A stretch of 64,000 nucleotides of DNA from an uncultured Lachnospiraceae bacterium (GTDB taxonomy: Bacteria; Bacillota; Clostridia; Lachnospirales; Lachnospiraceae): the NCBI GenBank assembly GCA_910587895.1, contig CAJUOE010000039.1:1711-65710 (forward strand), written 5' to 3'. Below, in pieces: positions 34,164 through 43,255 of this stretch. Positions within the stretch are counted from its first letter, which is position 1; each line of letters starts with the position of its first letter. A model generated the notes under the pieces. It did no database searches, was not told the DNA's origin, and was given only the letters and a program-made list of their open reading frames with translations. Position numbers and translations under genes: made by a program.

Positions 34164-35837
34164 ATGGAAGGGAAAGTTAGAAAACCGGGAAAAATGATGT
34201 ATGTGTGGCTGCTGTTGTTGTTGTTGCTGACAGCGCTCTCTTTTGTGGCGTTTCGATGGATACTGCGTAAATCAGGGCATGAACAGAAGTCGTTTACCGC
34301 TTTTATGGCGGTGCCGGGTGAAGAAAAGGCGAAGGATAACCGTATCTGCAATAAGATTGCAGAGCTTACGGGCGCCCGCGCAGAGATCGAATGGCTCGGT
34401 GGACAGACGCCGGAGGAAAAGATTGAGACCATGATTCAGAAAGGGGAGTATCCTGATTTTATCAATGGCGCGGACGCATCCAGTATGTTAATAGAAGCGG
34501 GGGCGCTGATACCATTGGAAGACTATCTGGAAGACTATCCGTATTTATATGATTATTTAACACCCAAACAATGGGAATCCATGCGCAAGGAAGATGGGCA
34601 TATTTATTATATTCCGCCGTTTGGGGTTGTGCAGGGACGCAATACCCAGACGATGCTCTCCGGTGAGGCATTCTGGATTCAGAAACGGGTGCTGGAATGG
34701 GCGGGATTTCCTGAGGTGAAAACACTGGATCAATATTTTGACCTGATGACATCTTACCTCAAAGAAAATCCGCAGTCCGACGGACAGGCGAATATTGGAT
34801 TTGAAATCTTATGCGATGACTGGCGGTATTTTTGCCTGGAAAATCCGGCAATGTTCCTTGCCGGTTATCCGAACGAGGGCTGTGCCATTGTGGATGAAAA
34901 GACACAGAAGGCGGCGGTATATGATACGATTCCCGAGGCAAAACAGTATTACCGGAAATTATGTGAGATGTACAATCAGGGCGTCATTGACCCGGAGACA
35001 TTTACCCTGTCTTACAGCCAGTATATTGACAAGCTTTCTGCGGGAAATGTACTTGGGTTTGTGGATCAATACTGGGAGATTATGGATGTGCAGAACAGCC
35101 TCTATGCCAATGGCAGGGAGGACAGGACTTATGTTCCGCTTGCCATTACGGCCAATGAGGAGATTGAGGGTAAATATAATTGTACCGAAATCAGCCTGAA
35201 TGTAGGAGCGGGGGTTGGGATTTCCGTAGATTGCAAGGATGTAGAGGGGGCGTTGCAGTTTCTCAATGACCTGCTGAAACCGGAGATTATGACGCTGCGC
35301 TACTGGGGCGAGGAAGGCGTTGATTATGAGGTTGATGAGCAGGGATTGTTTTATCGCACGGATGAGCAGAGAAACAACTGGGGAAATGGAGATTTCTTAA
35401 AAGAAAACACCTGTAGCTACACGTATTTTCCTGCATACGAAGGAATGTCCGCGGACGGCATCAACACGGTTCTTCCGTCGGAACAGCCCGCGGAATATTA
35501 TCAGAAACTCTCGGATTATGATAAGAAAGTTCTGGACGCCTATGGATTTCAGACATGGAAGGAGTTTTTGGGGGAAGAGACGGAGGGTAGTCCCTGGTTT
35601 CCGCTGTATTCCTGCGTTGCGGACTGGCCGGCAGACAGTGATTACGGGCAGGCAAGGGCTGATATGGAGCGGGTAAAACGTCTGTGGCTGCCGAAGGTCA
35701 TCATGTCTTCGGAGGCAGAATTTGAAAAATCGTGGTCGGACTACATGGAAACCTATCAGAATGAGGTGAATGTGGACGCATATCTGGAACAACTGAACCT
35801 GGAAATCCAAAAGAGGGTGCAGGAGGCAGGGCAATAA
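34164..35837 (+). CDS. Extracellular solute-binding protein (family 1, LplA/YesO-like), anchored by an uncleaved N-terminal TM helix
   Basis: 557 aa. The N-terminal hydrophobic helix VWLLLLLLLTALSFVAF has no lipobox Cys. The body has an SBP_bac_1-like composition. No permease or ATPase genes are adjacent. Confidence 0.7.
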   Translation: MEGKVRKPGKMMYVWLLLLLLLTALSFVAFRWILRKSGHEQKSFTAFMAVPGEEKAKDNRICNKIAELTGARAEIEWLGGQTPEEKIETMIQKGEYPDFINGADASSMLIEAGALIPLEDYLEDYPYLYDYLTPKQWESMRKEDGHIYYIPPFGVVQGRNTQTMLSGEAFWIQKRVLEWAGFPEVKTLDQYFDLMTSYLKENPQSDGQANIGFEILCDDWRYFCLENPAMFLAGYPNEGCAIVDEKTQKAAVYDTIPEAKQYYRKLCEMYNQGVIDPETFTLSYSQYIDKLSAGNVLGFVDQYWEIMDVQNSLYANGREDRTYVPLAITANEEIEGKYNCTEISLNVGAGVGISVDCKDVEGALQFLNDLLKPEIMTLRYWGEEGVDYEVDEQGLFYRTDEQRNNWGNGDFLKENTCSYTYFPAYEGMSADGINTVLPSEQPAEYYQKLSDYDKKVLDAYGFQTWKEFLGEETEGSPWFPLYSCVADWPADSDYGQARADMERVKRLWLPKVIMSSEAEFEKSWSDYMETYQNEVNVDAYLEQLNLEIQKRVQEAGQ

Positions 35838-35861
35838 TTATTTAATCATGGAAGGGAATAT

Positions 35862-36662
35862 ATGGTAGACAAAATAACATTTATGGAAACACTGCATTCC
35901 GTGCAGGAAATTGTGAAGGCAAGTTCCAAGCCGCTGACGAAGGAAGAAATCGGCAGCTACTTTCAGGACATGGAGCTATCAAAAGAGCAACAGGAAATGG
36001 TATATCAGTTCCTGCTGACACCGTCAAAGGAGACGGCACAGACAGAAGGGAAACAAGGGTTTCAGGCAGAGTCGAAATCTCAGGAAAAGGCAAAAGATAA
36101 AGCAAAAAATCCGCATTTCCAGATGTATCTGCGGGAGATTGCCGCAGTGCCTTCCCTGACAGAAGAACAGCAGAATATATTGTATCAACGCTTACTGGCA
36201 GGCGAGGAATCCGTCACGGAGGAAATATCAGGTCAATGGCTGAAAAAAATCATCCACATTGCAAAAGAGTACGCCACTGCAAATGTGTTTTTGGAGGATT
36301 TGGTGCAGGAGGGGAATATCAGCCTCCTGCTTGCAATGAAACAGCTGACAGGCAAAGGGGCAGAATATGGCATGGAAGGCGCAGGAAAGTTGGATACAGC
36401 GCAGCAGAAACGCCTGGAGAACCATCTGGAGGAACTTATACGGGAGGGGATGCAGCAGTACCGCCAGGATCTGGAAGGAGAGGCGGACAGTGAGAATACC
36501 ATTCTTGCCAAGGTGAGCCTGGTATATGAAGCGAGAAAAGCGCTGGCAAAGGAGAATGGGACGGATCCGACCGTCCAGGAGCTTTGCGCCTATACAAGGA
36601 TACCGCCGGAGGAGATAGCGGATATTTTAGCATTGCATGAGAAAGCGAGGGAACAACCATGA
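35862..36662 (+). CDS. Sigma-70 (RpoD)-like protein lacking regions 2.3/2.4 and 4
   Basis: Region 1.1-like LTKEEIGSYFQDMELSKEQQEMVYQFL. Region 1.2-like HFQMYLREIAAVPSLTEEQQ. Region 2.1/2.2-like LKKIIHIAKEYATANVFLEDLVQEGNISLLLAMKQL. Region 3-like PTVQELCAYTRIPPEEIADIL. No YATWWIRQ-type segment and no region 4 HTH; the ORF ends at 266 aa. Confidence 0.65.
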   Translation: MVDKITFMETLHSVQEIVKASSKPLTKEEIGSYFQDMELSKEQQEMVYQFLLTPSKETAQTEGKQGFQAESKSQEKAKDKAKNPHFQMYLREIAAVPSLTEEQQNILYQRLLAGEESVTEEISGQWLKKIIHIAKEYATANVFLEDLVQEGNISLLLAMKQLTGKGAEYGMEGAGKLDTAQQKRLENHLEELIREGMQQYRQDLEGEADSENTILAKVSLVYEARKALAKENGTDPTVQELCAYTRIPPEEIADILALHEKAREQP

Positions 36663-36835
36663 ATTTAGGACCGATGGAATATACGGTGGCACGGATTGAC
36701 GGAGATTACGCATATCTGCGGCAGGTGGATCAGCCGCAGGAGGAAGAAAAATGTGTGGCAAGGGCATTGCTGCCCCCGGAGATAGCAGAGGGCAGCAAAT
36801 TACATTATGAGATGATGGAATACTCATTGGCATGA
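36659..36835 (+). CDS. DUF3006-like small protein (58 aa; not in the supplied ORF track)
   Basis: The ATG at 36659 overlaps the stop of the sigma-like gene (ATGA). MNLGPMEYTVARIDGDYAYLRQVD..CVARALLPPEIAEGSKLHYE fits the DUF3006 pattern (x-V-x-R-I-[ED]-G-D-x-A-x-L ... LP...EG..L). Stop at 36833-36835. Confidence 0.5.
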   Translation: MNLGPMEYTVARIDGDYAYLRQVDQPQEEEKCVARALLPPEIAEGSKLHYEMMEYSLA

Positions 36836-36869
36836 GGAGTCCTGATGCCTTGTAGCGTGGCCGATAAAG

Positions 36870-37469
36870 TTAAATGGTATGAGGGCTTCGAATCACCGGC
36901 TGAATCTGTTTTCCGTTCAGCGCGGCGTCAATCGTCTCCGGAAGGAGTTCTGTAAAAGCCGTCATGGAGTTTGGTTTTGCCTGGTAATCGTCCTGTCCGA
37001 AGGGGACGAAATAAATATTTTTCGTATTCAAAAGAATGCCGATATTTTTTAAATTCATCCCCAGGGCATCATTGGTGGACAGGGAAATAACCAGCGGGCG
37101 GTTGTTGCGCAGATGGGATTTTGCAGCCATCAGCACAGGCGTATCGGAAATTCCATTTGCCAGTTTGGAAAGCGTGTTTCCGGTACAGGGAGCTATGACC
37201 AGAATATCCATCAAACCTTTGGGGCCAATCGGTTCCGCTGCAGGAATTGTGGTAATCGGCGCATGGCCGGTCAGAAGCTCTGCGCGCTCCAGAAAAGACG
37301 CGCTTGTGCCAAAGCGCGAGTCCAGGGAGGAAGCGTTTATCGAAAATACCGGGAGAAGTTTTGCGCCGGTCTGTTTTAAGTCTTCCAGTGTCCGGAATAT
37401 TTTTTCATAGGTGCAAAAGGAGCCGGTAAAACCGATTCCAATAGATTTATCATGAAAATCATAAAGCAT
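36870..37469 (-). CDS. dpaB: Dipicolinate synthase subunit B (SpoVFB, flavoprotein-like)
   Basis: 199 aa. IGIGFTGSFCTY..PV.S....SRFG..IAPCTGNTLSKLANGISDTPVLMA pattern. Overlaps the dpaA end. Confidence 0.85.
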   Translation of the reverse strand: MLYDFHDKSIGIGFTGSFCTYEKIFRTLEDLKQTGAKLLPVFSINASSLDSRFGTSASFLERAELLTGHAPITTIPAAEPIGPKGLMDILVIAPCTGNTLSKLANGISDTPVLMAAKSHLRNNRPLVISLSTNDALGMNLKNIGILLNTKNIYFVPFGQDDYQAKPNSMTAFTELLPETIDAALNGKQIQPVIRSPHTI

Positions 37470-38331
37470 GTTCAGCCATCCTTTCTATCGTCCTGCCAAT
37501 CATTTCACCGGCAGTAACAGGAGAGAAACGTCCGGGAATGCCCGGGAGCCTAAAATGAGGCAGCAGGCATTGCTCTGTAATATCCGCCGGAAAACCAAAG
37601 GGGGAAGAGGCAATGTCGAATATATGGCAGGAACTGTGCAATTGCGCTAACTGTGCGGTGTCCAGGATGGGAGCCGGTACGGTATTGATTACGAGCCGGC
37701 ATTCTGGCAGTATATGGGGAAAATCGTCGGCGCAGATGGGAGAGAGCCCCTGTTGCCTTGCATTTTCCTGTTTTTTCATGTCCTGCTCAACCAGATAAAT
37801 ATTTCCACACATTGGGAGGAACAGTTTGCTGATTGCCGCTCCGCAGAATCCGTATCCCAAAAGCAGGATGTTTACGGAGGAAAGGGCAAACGGCGTACAG
37901 CGGATAACCTCTGCCAGAACCCCTTCAGCGGTAAGCGCGGCATTTTGATTCTGGAAAAAAGCATCATTGCCAAAATCCAGAATTTCACAACCGCTATTTA
38001 CCAGTATTTTGCGATATTCTTCAGGCAGGTTACAGACTGCCAATCTATGATTTGAAGTGAGTAAGTCCCACAGGTCATCCAGAGGACAGGGCATGGCATT
38101 CGTCTCTGCCTGATACAGGTTCTTTTTGTCACGCGTCAATGGTGTAGGCGCAAGGATCATACGGCAATGTTCCAGGGCGTCTGTCAGGGAATCCGCCTGT
38201 ATAATTCCGGATTTATATGGGAAATCCGGCGTACGGCAGCACGTGACATTCCAGCCAAGAGAATGCAGGTATTGTGCAGCATAACATTGTCTCATGTCTC
38301 CACCGAGTATGGTGATATTTGGCATCTCCAT
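37459..38331 (-). CDS. dpaA: Dipicolinate synthase subunit A (SpoVFA)
   Basis: 290 aa. N-terminal ILGGDMRQ..., Rossmann motif LLLGYGFCG. Paired with dpaB. Confidence 0.8.
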   Translation of the reverse strand: MEMPNITILGGDMRQCYAAQYLHSLGWNVTCCRTPDFPYKSGIIQADSLTDALEHCRMILAPTPLTRDKKNLYQAETNAMPCPLDDLWDLLTSNHRLAVCNLPEEYRKILVNSGCEILDFGNDAFFQNQNAALTAEGVLAEVIRCTPFALSSVNILLLGYGFCGAAISKLFLPMCGNIYLVEQDMKKQENARQQGLSPICADDFPHILPECRLVINTVPAPILDTAQLAQLHSSCHIFDIASSPFGFPADITEQCLLPHFRLPGIPGRFSPVTAGEMIGRTIERMAEHAL

Positions 38332-38536
38332 AAGTTTCCTCGAAAAGAAATAATCCCTACAGTATATGTAAAAGAAAGAAAAGTGTGTTTGTACGCAGCT
38401 TGGGAAACAGCCGGTCGTTGTCTGATTTTATGCGGCCATGCAGTTTAGACAAATTTAAGACTTTTTTAGAAATTTTCCATAGGAATTCAGAGAAGAAGTT
38501 GATATAATATGACCTGAGGAGGCTGGAAGAGCAATT

Positions 38537-40027
38537 ATGAAACTGAGAACCAGATTGATTATCTCGTTTTTTATCATTATATTGGTGCCGGTGCTGCTTG
38601 CCGGAGCTACTATGTGGGGATTTGGCAAATACCAGATGCGGGCGATGCGACAGATTTATGATACGGATGGAAATGCATACGACTATTTTGTTAATTCTTT
38701 TGAGGCACTCAGCCATTTTACCAAATCCACATACGAAAATTTGCAGAAAGTGGCGAAGGAAACGCCGGAGAAATTCGAACAACAGGAATATCTGAATCAG
38801 GTGAATGCCGAACTTGAAAAGAGATATTCTTATCTAATTGTAAGGCGCGGAGAAGAGCTGATTTACGAGGGGAACAAAACTGCCAATCAGGAACTCAGGG
38901 AAAATCTTCCGGAATATGACAGCGATGTGCTGCAGAGTGCGGGTTCCGGATTTTATCTGGAGGGAGAGGAGCAGGCGCTAATCAAGCAGATTGACGTTGC
39001 GTTTGCGGACGGCAGCCGGGGAAGCGTTTTCATTATCACTTCTCTGGAACAGCTTTTGCCGGACGTTAAGGGCGTGCTGGTTGATTTGATGATTTCCGTG
39101 CTGTTGATTTTGATATTTACGGCGGGGATGCTGACGGTGTGGATTTATCAGGGAATTATCAATCCGATTCACAAGCTGCAGGTGGCGGCGCAGAATATCA
39201 AAGCCGGGAATCTGGATTTTACCGTGGAGGCGGAAGGCAAAGACGAAATCGGGGAATTGTGCCGTAATTTTGAGGAAATGCGTTTTCGCCTGAAAGAGTC
39301 TGAGGAGGAAAAACTGGAGGGAGAGCGTGAGAACCGTGTGCTCATCAGTAATATTTCCCATGATTTAAAAACACCGATTACCGCCATCAAGGGATATGTG
39401 GAAGGAATTATGGACGGCGTGGCAGATACACCGGAGAAACAGGACAAATATATCCGCACCATTTACAATAAGGCAAATGAGATGGATACGCTGATCAATG
39501 AACTGACGCTGTATTCCAAGATTGACACCAACCGCATTCCCTATAATTTCAGCCGTATCAATGTGGCGGATTATTTTGAGGATTGCGTGGAGGAAGTCGG
39601 CCTGGATCTGGAGGCGAAAAATATCCGCCTGAATTATATAGACTATGCGGATAAGGACGTGTTGATCATCGCGGATCCGGAGCAGCTGCGGCGCGTGATT
39701 AACAATATCATCAGCAATTCCATAAAATATCTGGACAAGGAGCAAGGCTTTATCAACATTCGTATCCGTGATGTAGGTGATTTTATACAGATGGAATTTG
39801 AGGATAATGGCAAGGGGATTCCCGCCAAAGACCTGCCGCATATTTTTGACCGCTTTTACAGGGCGGACGCATCCAGAAATTCTTCTACCGGAGGCAGCGG
39901 CATCGGTTTGTCTATCGTGAAGAAGATCATAGAAGACCATGGAGGGAAGATTTGGGCAAATAGCAAAGAGGGGACAGGCACTATCATGTATTTTGTCATT
40001 CGAAAATATCAGGAGGTAGTAAGTTGA
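38537..40027 (+). CDS. Sensor histidine kinase (TM-sensor-TM-HAMP-HisKA-HATPase_c)
   Basis: H-box ISNISHDLKTPITAIKGY, N-box NNIISNSIKY, G1 FEDNGKGI, G2 GGSGIGLSIVKKI. Confidence 0.9.
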   Translation: MKLRTRLIISFFIIILVPVLLAGATMWGFGKYQMRAMRQIYDTDGNAYDYFVNSFEALSHFTKSTYENLQKVAKETPEKFEQQEYLNQVNAELEKRYSYLIVRRGEELIYEGNKTANQELRENLPEYDSDVLQSAGSGFYLEGEEQALIKQIDVAFADGSRGSVFIITSLEQLLPDVKGVLVDLMISVLLILIFTAGMLTVWIYQGIINPIHKLQVAAQNIKAGNLDFTVEAEGKDEIGELCRNFEEMRFRLKESEEEKLEGERENRVLISNISHDLKTPITAIKGYVEGIMDGVADTPEKQDKYIRTIYNKANEMDTLINELTLYSKIDTNRIPYNFSRINVADYFEDCVEEVGLDLEAKNIRLNYIDYADKDVLIIADPEQLRRVINNIISNSIKYLDKEQGFINIRIRDVGDFIQMEFEDNGKGIPAKDLPHIFDRFYRADASRNSSTGGSGIGLSIVKKIIEDHGGKIWANSKEGTGTIMYFVIRKYQEVVS

Positions 40028-40713
40028 GTAAAATATTGATTGTGGAAGATGAAGTGGCGATTGCCGATCTGGAGAAGGATTATCTGGAACTAAGCGGTTT
40101 TGAGGTGGAAATTGAAAATGACGGAGAACGCGGCCTTGCGCGTGCGCTCAGTGAAGAGTTTGATATGTTTCTTCTGGATTTGATGCTGCCCGGTGTAGAC
40201 GGATTCGAAATCTGCAAGAAAATCCGTGAGAATAAGAACACGCCCATATTGATGGTGTCGGCGAAAAAGGACGATATTGACAAAATTCGCGGTCTGGGGC
40301 TGGGGGCGGATGATTACATTACGAAACCGTTTTCTCCGAGCGAGCTGGTAGCAAGGGTCAAGGCGCATCTCTCGAGATATGAGAGGCTGATTAACAGCAA
40401 TGTCCAGGAAAATGACATGATAGAAATCCGCGGTCTGAAGATTGACAAAACCGCCAGAAGAGTGTGGGTCAACGAGGAGGAGAAACAGTTCACCACCAAG
40501 GAATTTGACCTTTTGTCGTTCCTTGCACAGAATCCCAACCGCGTGTTCAGTAAAGAGGAGCTGTTCAGTAAGATTTGGGATTTGGAATCCGTGGGCGACA
40601 TTGCCACGGTCACTGTCCATATCAAGAAAATCCGCGAGAAAGTAGAAATCAATACGGCGAAGCCCCAGTACATTGAGACCATTTGGGGCGTTGGGTACCG
40701 ATTCAAAGTTTGA
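40024..40713 (+). CDS. OmpR/PhoB-family response regulator
   Basis: ILIVEDE, LLDLMLPGVDGFE, SAKKDD..GADDYITKPF, winged helix YIETIWGVGYRF. TTG start overlaps the kinase stop. Confidence 0.9.
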   Translation: MSKILIVEDEVAIADLEKDYLELSGFEVEIENDGERGLARALSEEFDMFLLDLMLPGVDGFEICKKIRENKNTPILMVSAKKDDIDKIRGLGLGADDYITKPFSPSELVARVKAHLSRYERLINSNVQENDMIEIRGLKIDKTARRVWVNEEEKQFTTKEFDLLSFLAQNPNRVFSKEELFSKIWDLESVGDIATVTVHIKKIREKVEINTAKPQYIETIWGVGYRFKV

Positions 40714-40717
40714 AAAG

Positions 40718-41458
40718 ATGAATAGTAAATTGGAAATTATTTATGAGGATGACGCCCTCATCGTCTGCCATAAGCTGCCCGGCATTCCGGTGCAGACAGC
40801 AAATGCTAGGACGCCGGACATGGTGAGCCTTCTGCGCAATTATCTGGCAGCCAAAGGTGAGGAGAATACGCAGGTATTTGTGATACACCGCCTTGACCAG
40901 CCTGTGGAGGGCGTCATTGTATTTGCGAGGAACAAGCAGGCGGCGGCAGAGTTGAGCCGCCAGTCCAGAGAAAGAAATATGAATAAATCGTATCTTGCGC
41001 TGGTGGAAGGTGTATTTGATGAGCCATCGGGCGTATTGGACGATTACCTTTTGCATGACCGAAAGGCAAATATGTCACGTGTAGTTCCAGCGGGTACGCG
41101 TGGCTCCAAACGTGCGATACTCAGATACGAAGTGGAGAAAGTGCATAAAATACAGGAAACGGATCATGCCAGCCAGCAGGAGTGCCATTCTGAAATCCCT
41201 GTTGCGGAAAATGGCGCTGTCAGCCTTGTGCGGGTGCAGCTGGAGACTGGACGCCATCATCAGATTCGTGTACAGATGGCAAATGCGGATCATCCGCTCA
41301 TCGGGGATAAGAAATATAATCCAGGCTGCACAGCGGGTTATCTTCCAGTGGGGCTTTGCGCAGAGAGGATTGCTTTTATACATCCAGTTACCGGGAAGAA
41401 TATGGAATTTGCGGTGGAGCCGAAAGGTAAGATTTTTGAACATTATTTTACAGATTAA
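40718..41458 (+). CDS. RluA-family pseudouridine synthase (no S4 domain)
   Basis: IIYEDDALIVCHKLPGIPV, catalytic HRLDQPVEGVIVFA, and RHHQIRVQMA. Confidence 0.85.
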   Translation: MNSKLEIIYEDDALIVCHKLPGIPVQTANARTPDMVSLLRNYLAAKGEENTQVFVIHRLDQPVEGVIVFARNKQAAAELSRQSRERNMNKSYLALVEGVFDEPSGVLDDYLLHDRKANMSRVVPAGTRGSKRAILRYEVEKVHKIQETDHASQQECHSEIPVAENGAVSLVRVQLETGRHHQIRVQMANADHPLIGDKKYNPGCTAGYLPVGLCAERIAFIHPVTGKNMEFAVEPKGKIFEHYFTD

Positions 41459-41468
41459 TACATATGAC

Positions 41469-41623
41469 ACGCCGTTTCATTGTGATTATGGGAAAAATAT
41501 CGAACTGGGAAGAAACTGGAACAACTTTCCATCGTGATTGGTGCAGGGAGCGTTGTGATCCATTTGATATCTGCAAATTGCGTTGCAGTAGGTAATCCCT
41601 GTAAAGTTATCCGGCGTTTTTGA
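41469..41623 (+). pseudogene. Remnant of a hexapeptide-repeat maltose/galactoside O-acetyltransferase (internal deletion plus frame change)
   Basis: TPFHCDYGKNIELGRNWNNFPS-stop, then in another frame IVIGAGSVVIHLISANCVAVGNPCKVIRRF-stop. These are the N- and C-terminal signatures of the family with the middle missing. Confidence 0.7.
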
Positions 41624-41659
41624 AATATAAAATCTTTAGTGGGAAGGAAGGTGCTGTAT

Positions 41660-41872
41660 ATGAGTAACAGAGAAAGGATAGTTGAATTATTGGATGTTAT
41701 ACCAGATTATAAAATCGGCTATGTGTTAGCGTACGTTCAGGGGGTGGCAGCTGATGAGGAGGCAGACGATATTTTTTGCCAAAAAATGGTAGAAAATTAT
41801 GAGAATGCACCAGATGAAGACAAGGAAGACATACCGTTTGAGGAATGTTTAAAAGAATGGGGGCTTGATTGA
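41660..41872 (+). CDS. Type II antitoxin (partner of the RelE/ParE-family toxin)
   Basis: 70-aa acidic protein. GGAAGGAAGG RBS. Its stop overlaps the toxin start (TGATG). Confidence 0.6.
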   Translation: MSNRERIVELLDVIPDYKIGYVLAYVQGVAADEEADDIFCQKMVENYENAPDEDKEDIPFEECLKEWGLD

Positions 41873-42123
41873 TGTACCAAATTATCATCAAAAAGAAGGC
41901 TAAAAAATTTATTGACAGGCTGCCCATAAATGAAAAAAAACGTGTTGTATCTGCAATAGAGCGACTTCCAAATGGAGAGGACATAAAAAAATTAAGGGGA
42001 CATGAAAATTTGTTGAGATTGCGTGTGGGTAATTATCGTATTGTTTATACTATAGATAATGGAAAGCTAATTGTATATGTTATTGATATAGATAATCGTG
42101 GAGAAATATATAAACGGTATTAA
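41872..42123 (+). CDS. relE: RelE/ParE-family type II toxin (mRNA interferase RelE/StbE-like)
   Basis: 83 aa. KKAKKFIDRLP...KKRVVSAIERL....DIKKLRG....LRLRVGNYRIVYTID.GKL.VYVIDI.NRGEIY is the family pattern. Confidence 0.8.
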   Translation: MYQIIIKKKAKKFIDRLPINEKKRVVSAIERLPNGEDIKKLRGHENLLRLRVGNYRIVYTIDNGKLIVYVIDIDNRGEIYKRY

Positions 42124-42300
42124 TCGGGAGGAAACAGGAAATGTATATTGCAGATAAGTATTGGAATAACTATATTGGCGACACAGACGACAGCTTATGA
42201 CGTAAGTCAAATGTGTCCGGAGGAAGATTTGCAGGAGATGGCAGAAATCTGTGAAAGCTTAAGGAAAGAACTGTATGGAGAAAGTGAATGAAATTCTGTT

Positions 42301-42510
42301 CTATCGTCGGGCATAAACTAAATCTACCATCCCATTATAGGTGCGTGTTTTTAGCAATTTCAATTTAATTTCCTGTCTGCCGTGTCCCCAAAGGCGAATG
42401 CCGGAACCTAAGAGAACTGGAACCACAGTAATGTAATAGCAATCTATGATATCTCTGTTTACGAACTGCTGGACGACATTAGCACCGCCGCAAATCCAGA
42501 TATTTTCCGC
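42301..42510 (-). pseudogene. 5'-truncated remnant of a dihydrofolate-reductase-family (RibD C-terminal domain) gene
   Basis: The minus strand reads AENIWICGGANVVQQFVNRDIIDCYYITVVPVLLGSGIRLWGHGRQEIKLKLLKTRTYNGMVDLVYARR-stop. It has no in-frame start and the N-terminal half is absent. Confidence 0.7.
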
Positions 42511-42549
42511 ATATTTTCAGTCCCCTCAAATTTCTGAAAGCCAGTAAAA

Positions 42550-42990
42550 TTATTTCAAATAGGAATCGGCGATTTGGATAGATTTATCCGGGAAGTCCGA
42601 TTTCAGGCTGACCAGATATTGTAATGCACTTCCCTCATAGGGCAGTGTTTTATCGAAAAGCCCCATCTCGTAGCAGTTGCGGATAACATTGATAATGCAG
42701 TCCTCGACGTGGTCTTCCTTGCAGTCTTTGCATTCTTTTAAAATGTGTGCAATTGCAACTTCCAATGCCATCTCGTCAAATGTTTTATAGTCCGCCATAG
42801 GAATCTGTTTTGTGCCGCCTGGAACTTCCTTTTTCGGTTCTTTTTCGAAGTTTTTGATACATTTTTTGGCGTAGCCTATAACACATTTTTCGCTTTGGCA
42901 TTGACTGCACACAGAATCTTCCATGCAGCAGTTTTGCAAATCCTTCCATATCAGTTCCGTGTTCAATCCTTCCTTGTGTTCATCAGCCAT
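42550..42990 (-). CDS. Hypothetical Cys-rich cytoplasmic protein (146 aa)
   Basis: AAGGAG RBS 9 nt before the internal ATG at 42990. N-terminal Cys cluster CC-x5-C-x2-C-x4-C..C and a second C-x2-C..C..C cluster. I recognise no family. Confidence 0.6.
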   Translation of the reverse strand: MADEHKEGLNTELIWKDLQNCCMEDSVCSQCQSEKCVIGYAKKCIKNFEKEPKKEVPGGTKQIPMADYKTFDEMALEVAIAHILKECKDCKEDHVEDCIINVIRNCYEMGLFDKTLPYEGSALQYLVSLKSDFPDKSIQIADSYLK

Positions 42991-43255
42991 TTTGAAATTC
43001 TCCTTTAATTTTTTCGTCCAAATGTATAATAAATTATGGTTATCTGCCGGATATGTTATCATAGGGCTTATTTCATGTCAAGATTATTGAAGAAACATGT
43101 ACAAGTTTTGTAAAATAGAAGTTAAAATCCTTATTTCTAAAATATTGAATAGCACCATATAACCTGCTATAATCAATGTTAAGAGAGAACATGGCATAAA
43201 GTGGATTTTGTTGACGGAATTTGGGATATCGAACGTCAGGAAGGGGGATTTTGCG

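Noticed and set aside
36860-36867. Second sigma-28 -10 element (GCCGATAA) downstream of the DUF3006-like ORF
   Set aside because: No TAAA-like -35 lies 15-16 nt upstream. The element sits between convergent genes with nothing to transcribe.
42141-42290. Two short plus-strand ORFs after relE as real genes
   Set aside because: The first stops after 19 codons and the second has no start. Together they look like the two ends of a deleted gene, so they are folded into the gene-decay finding.
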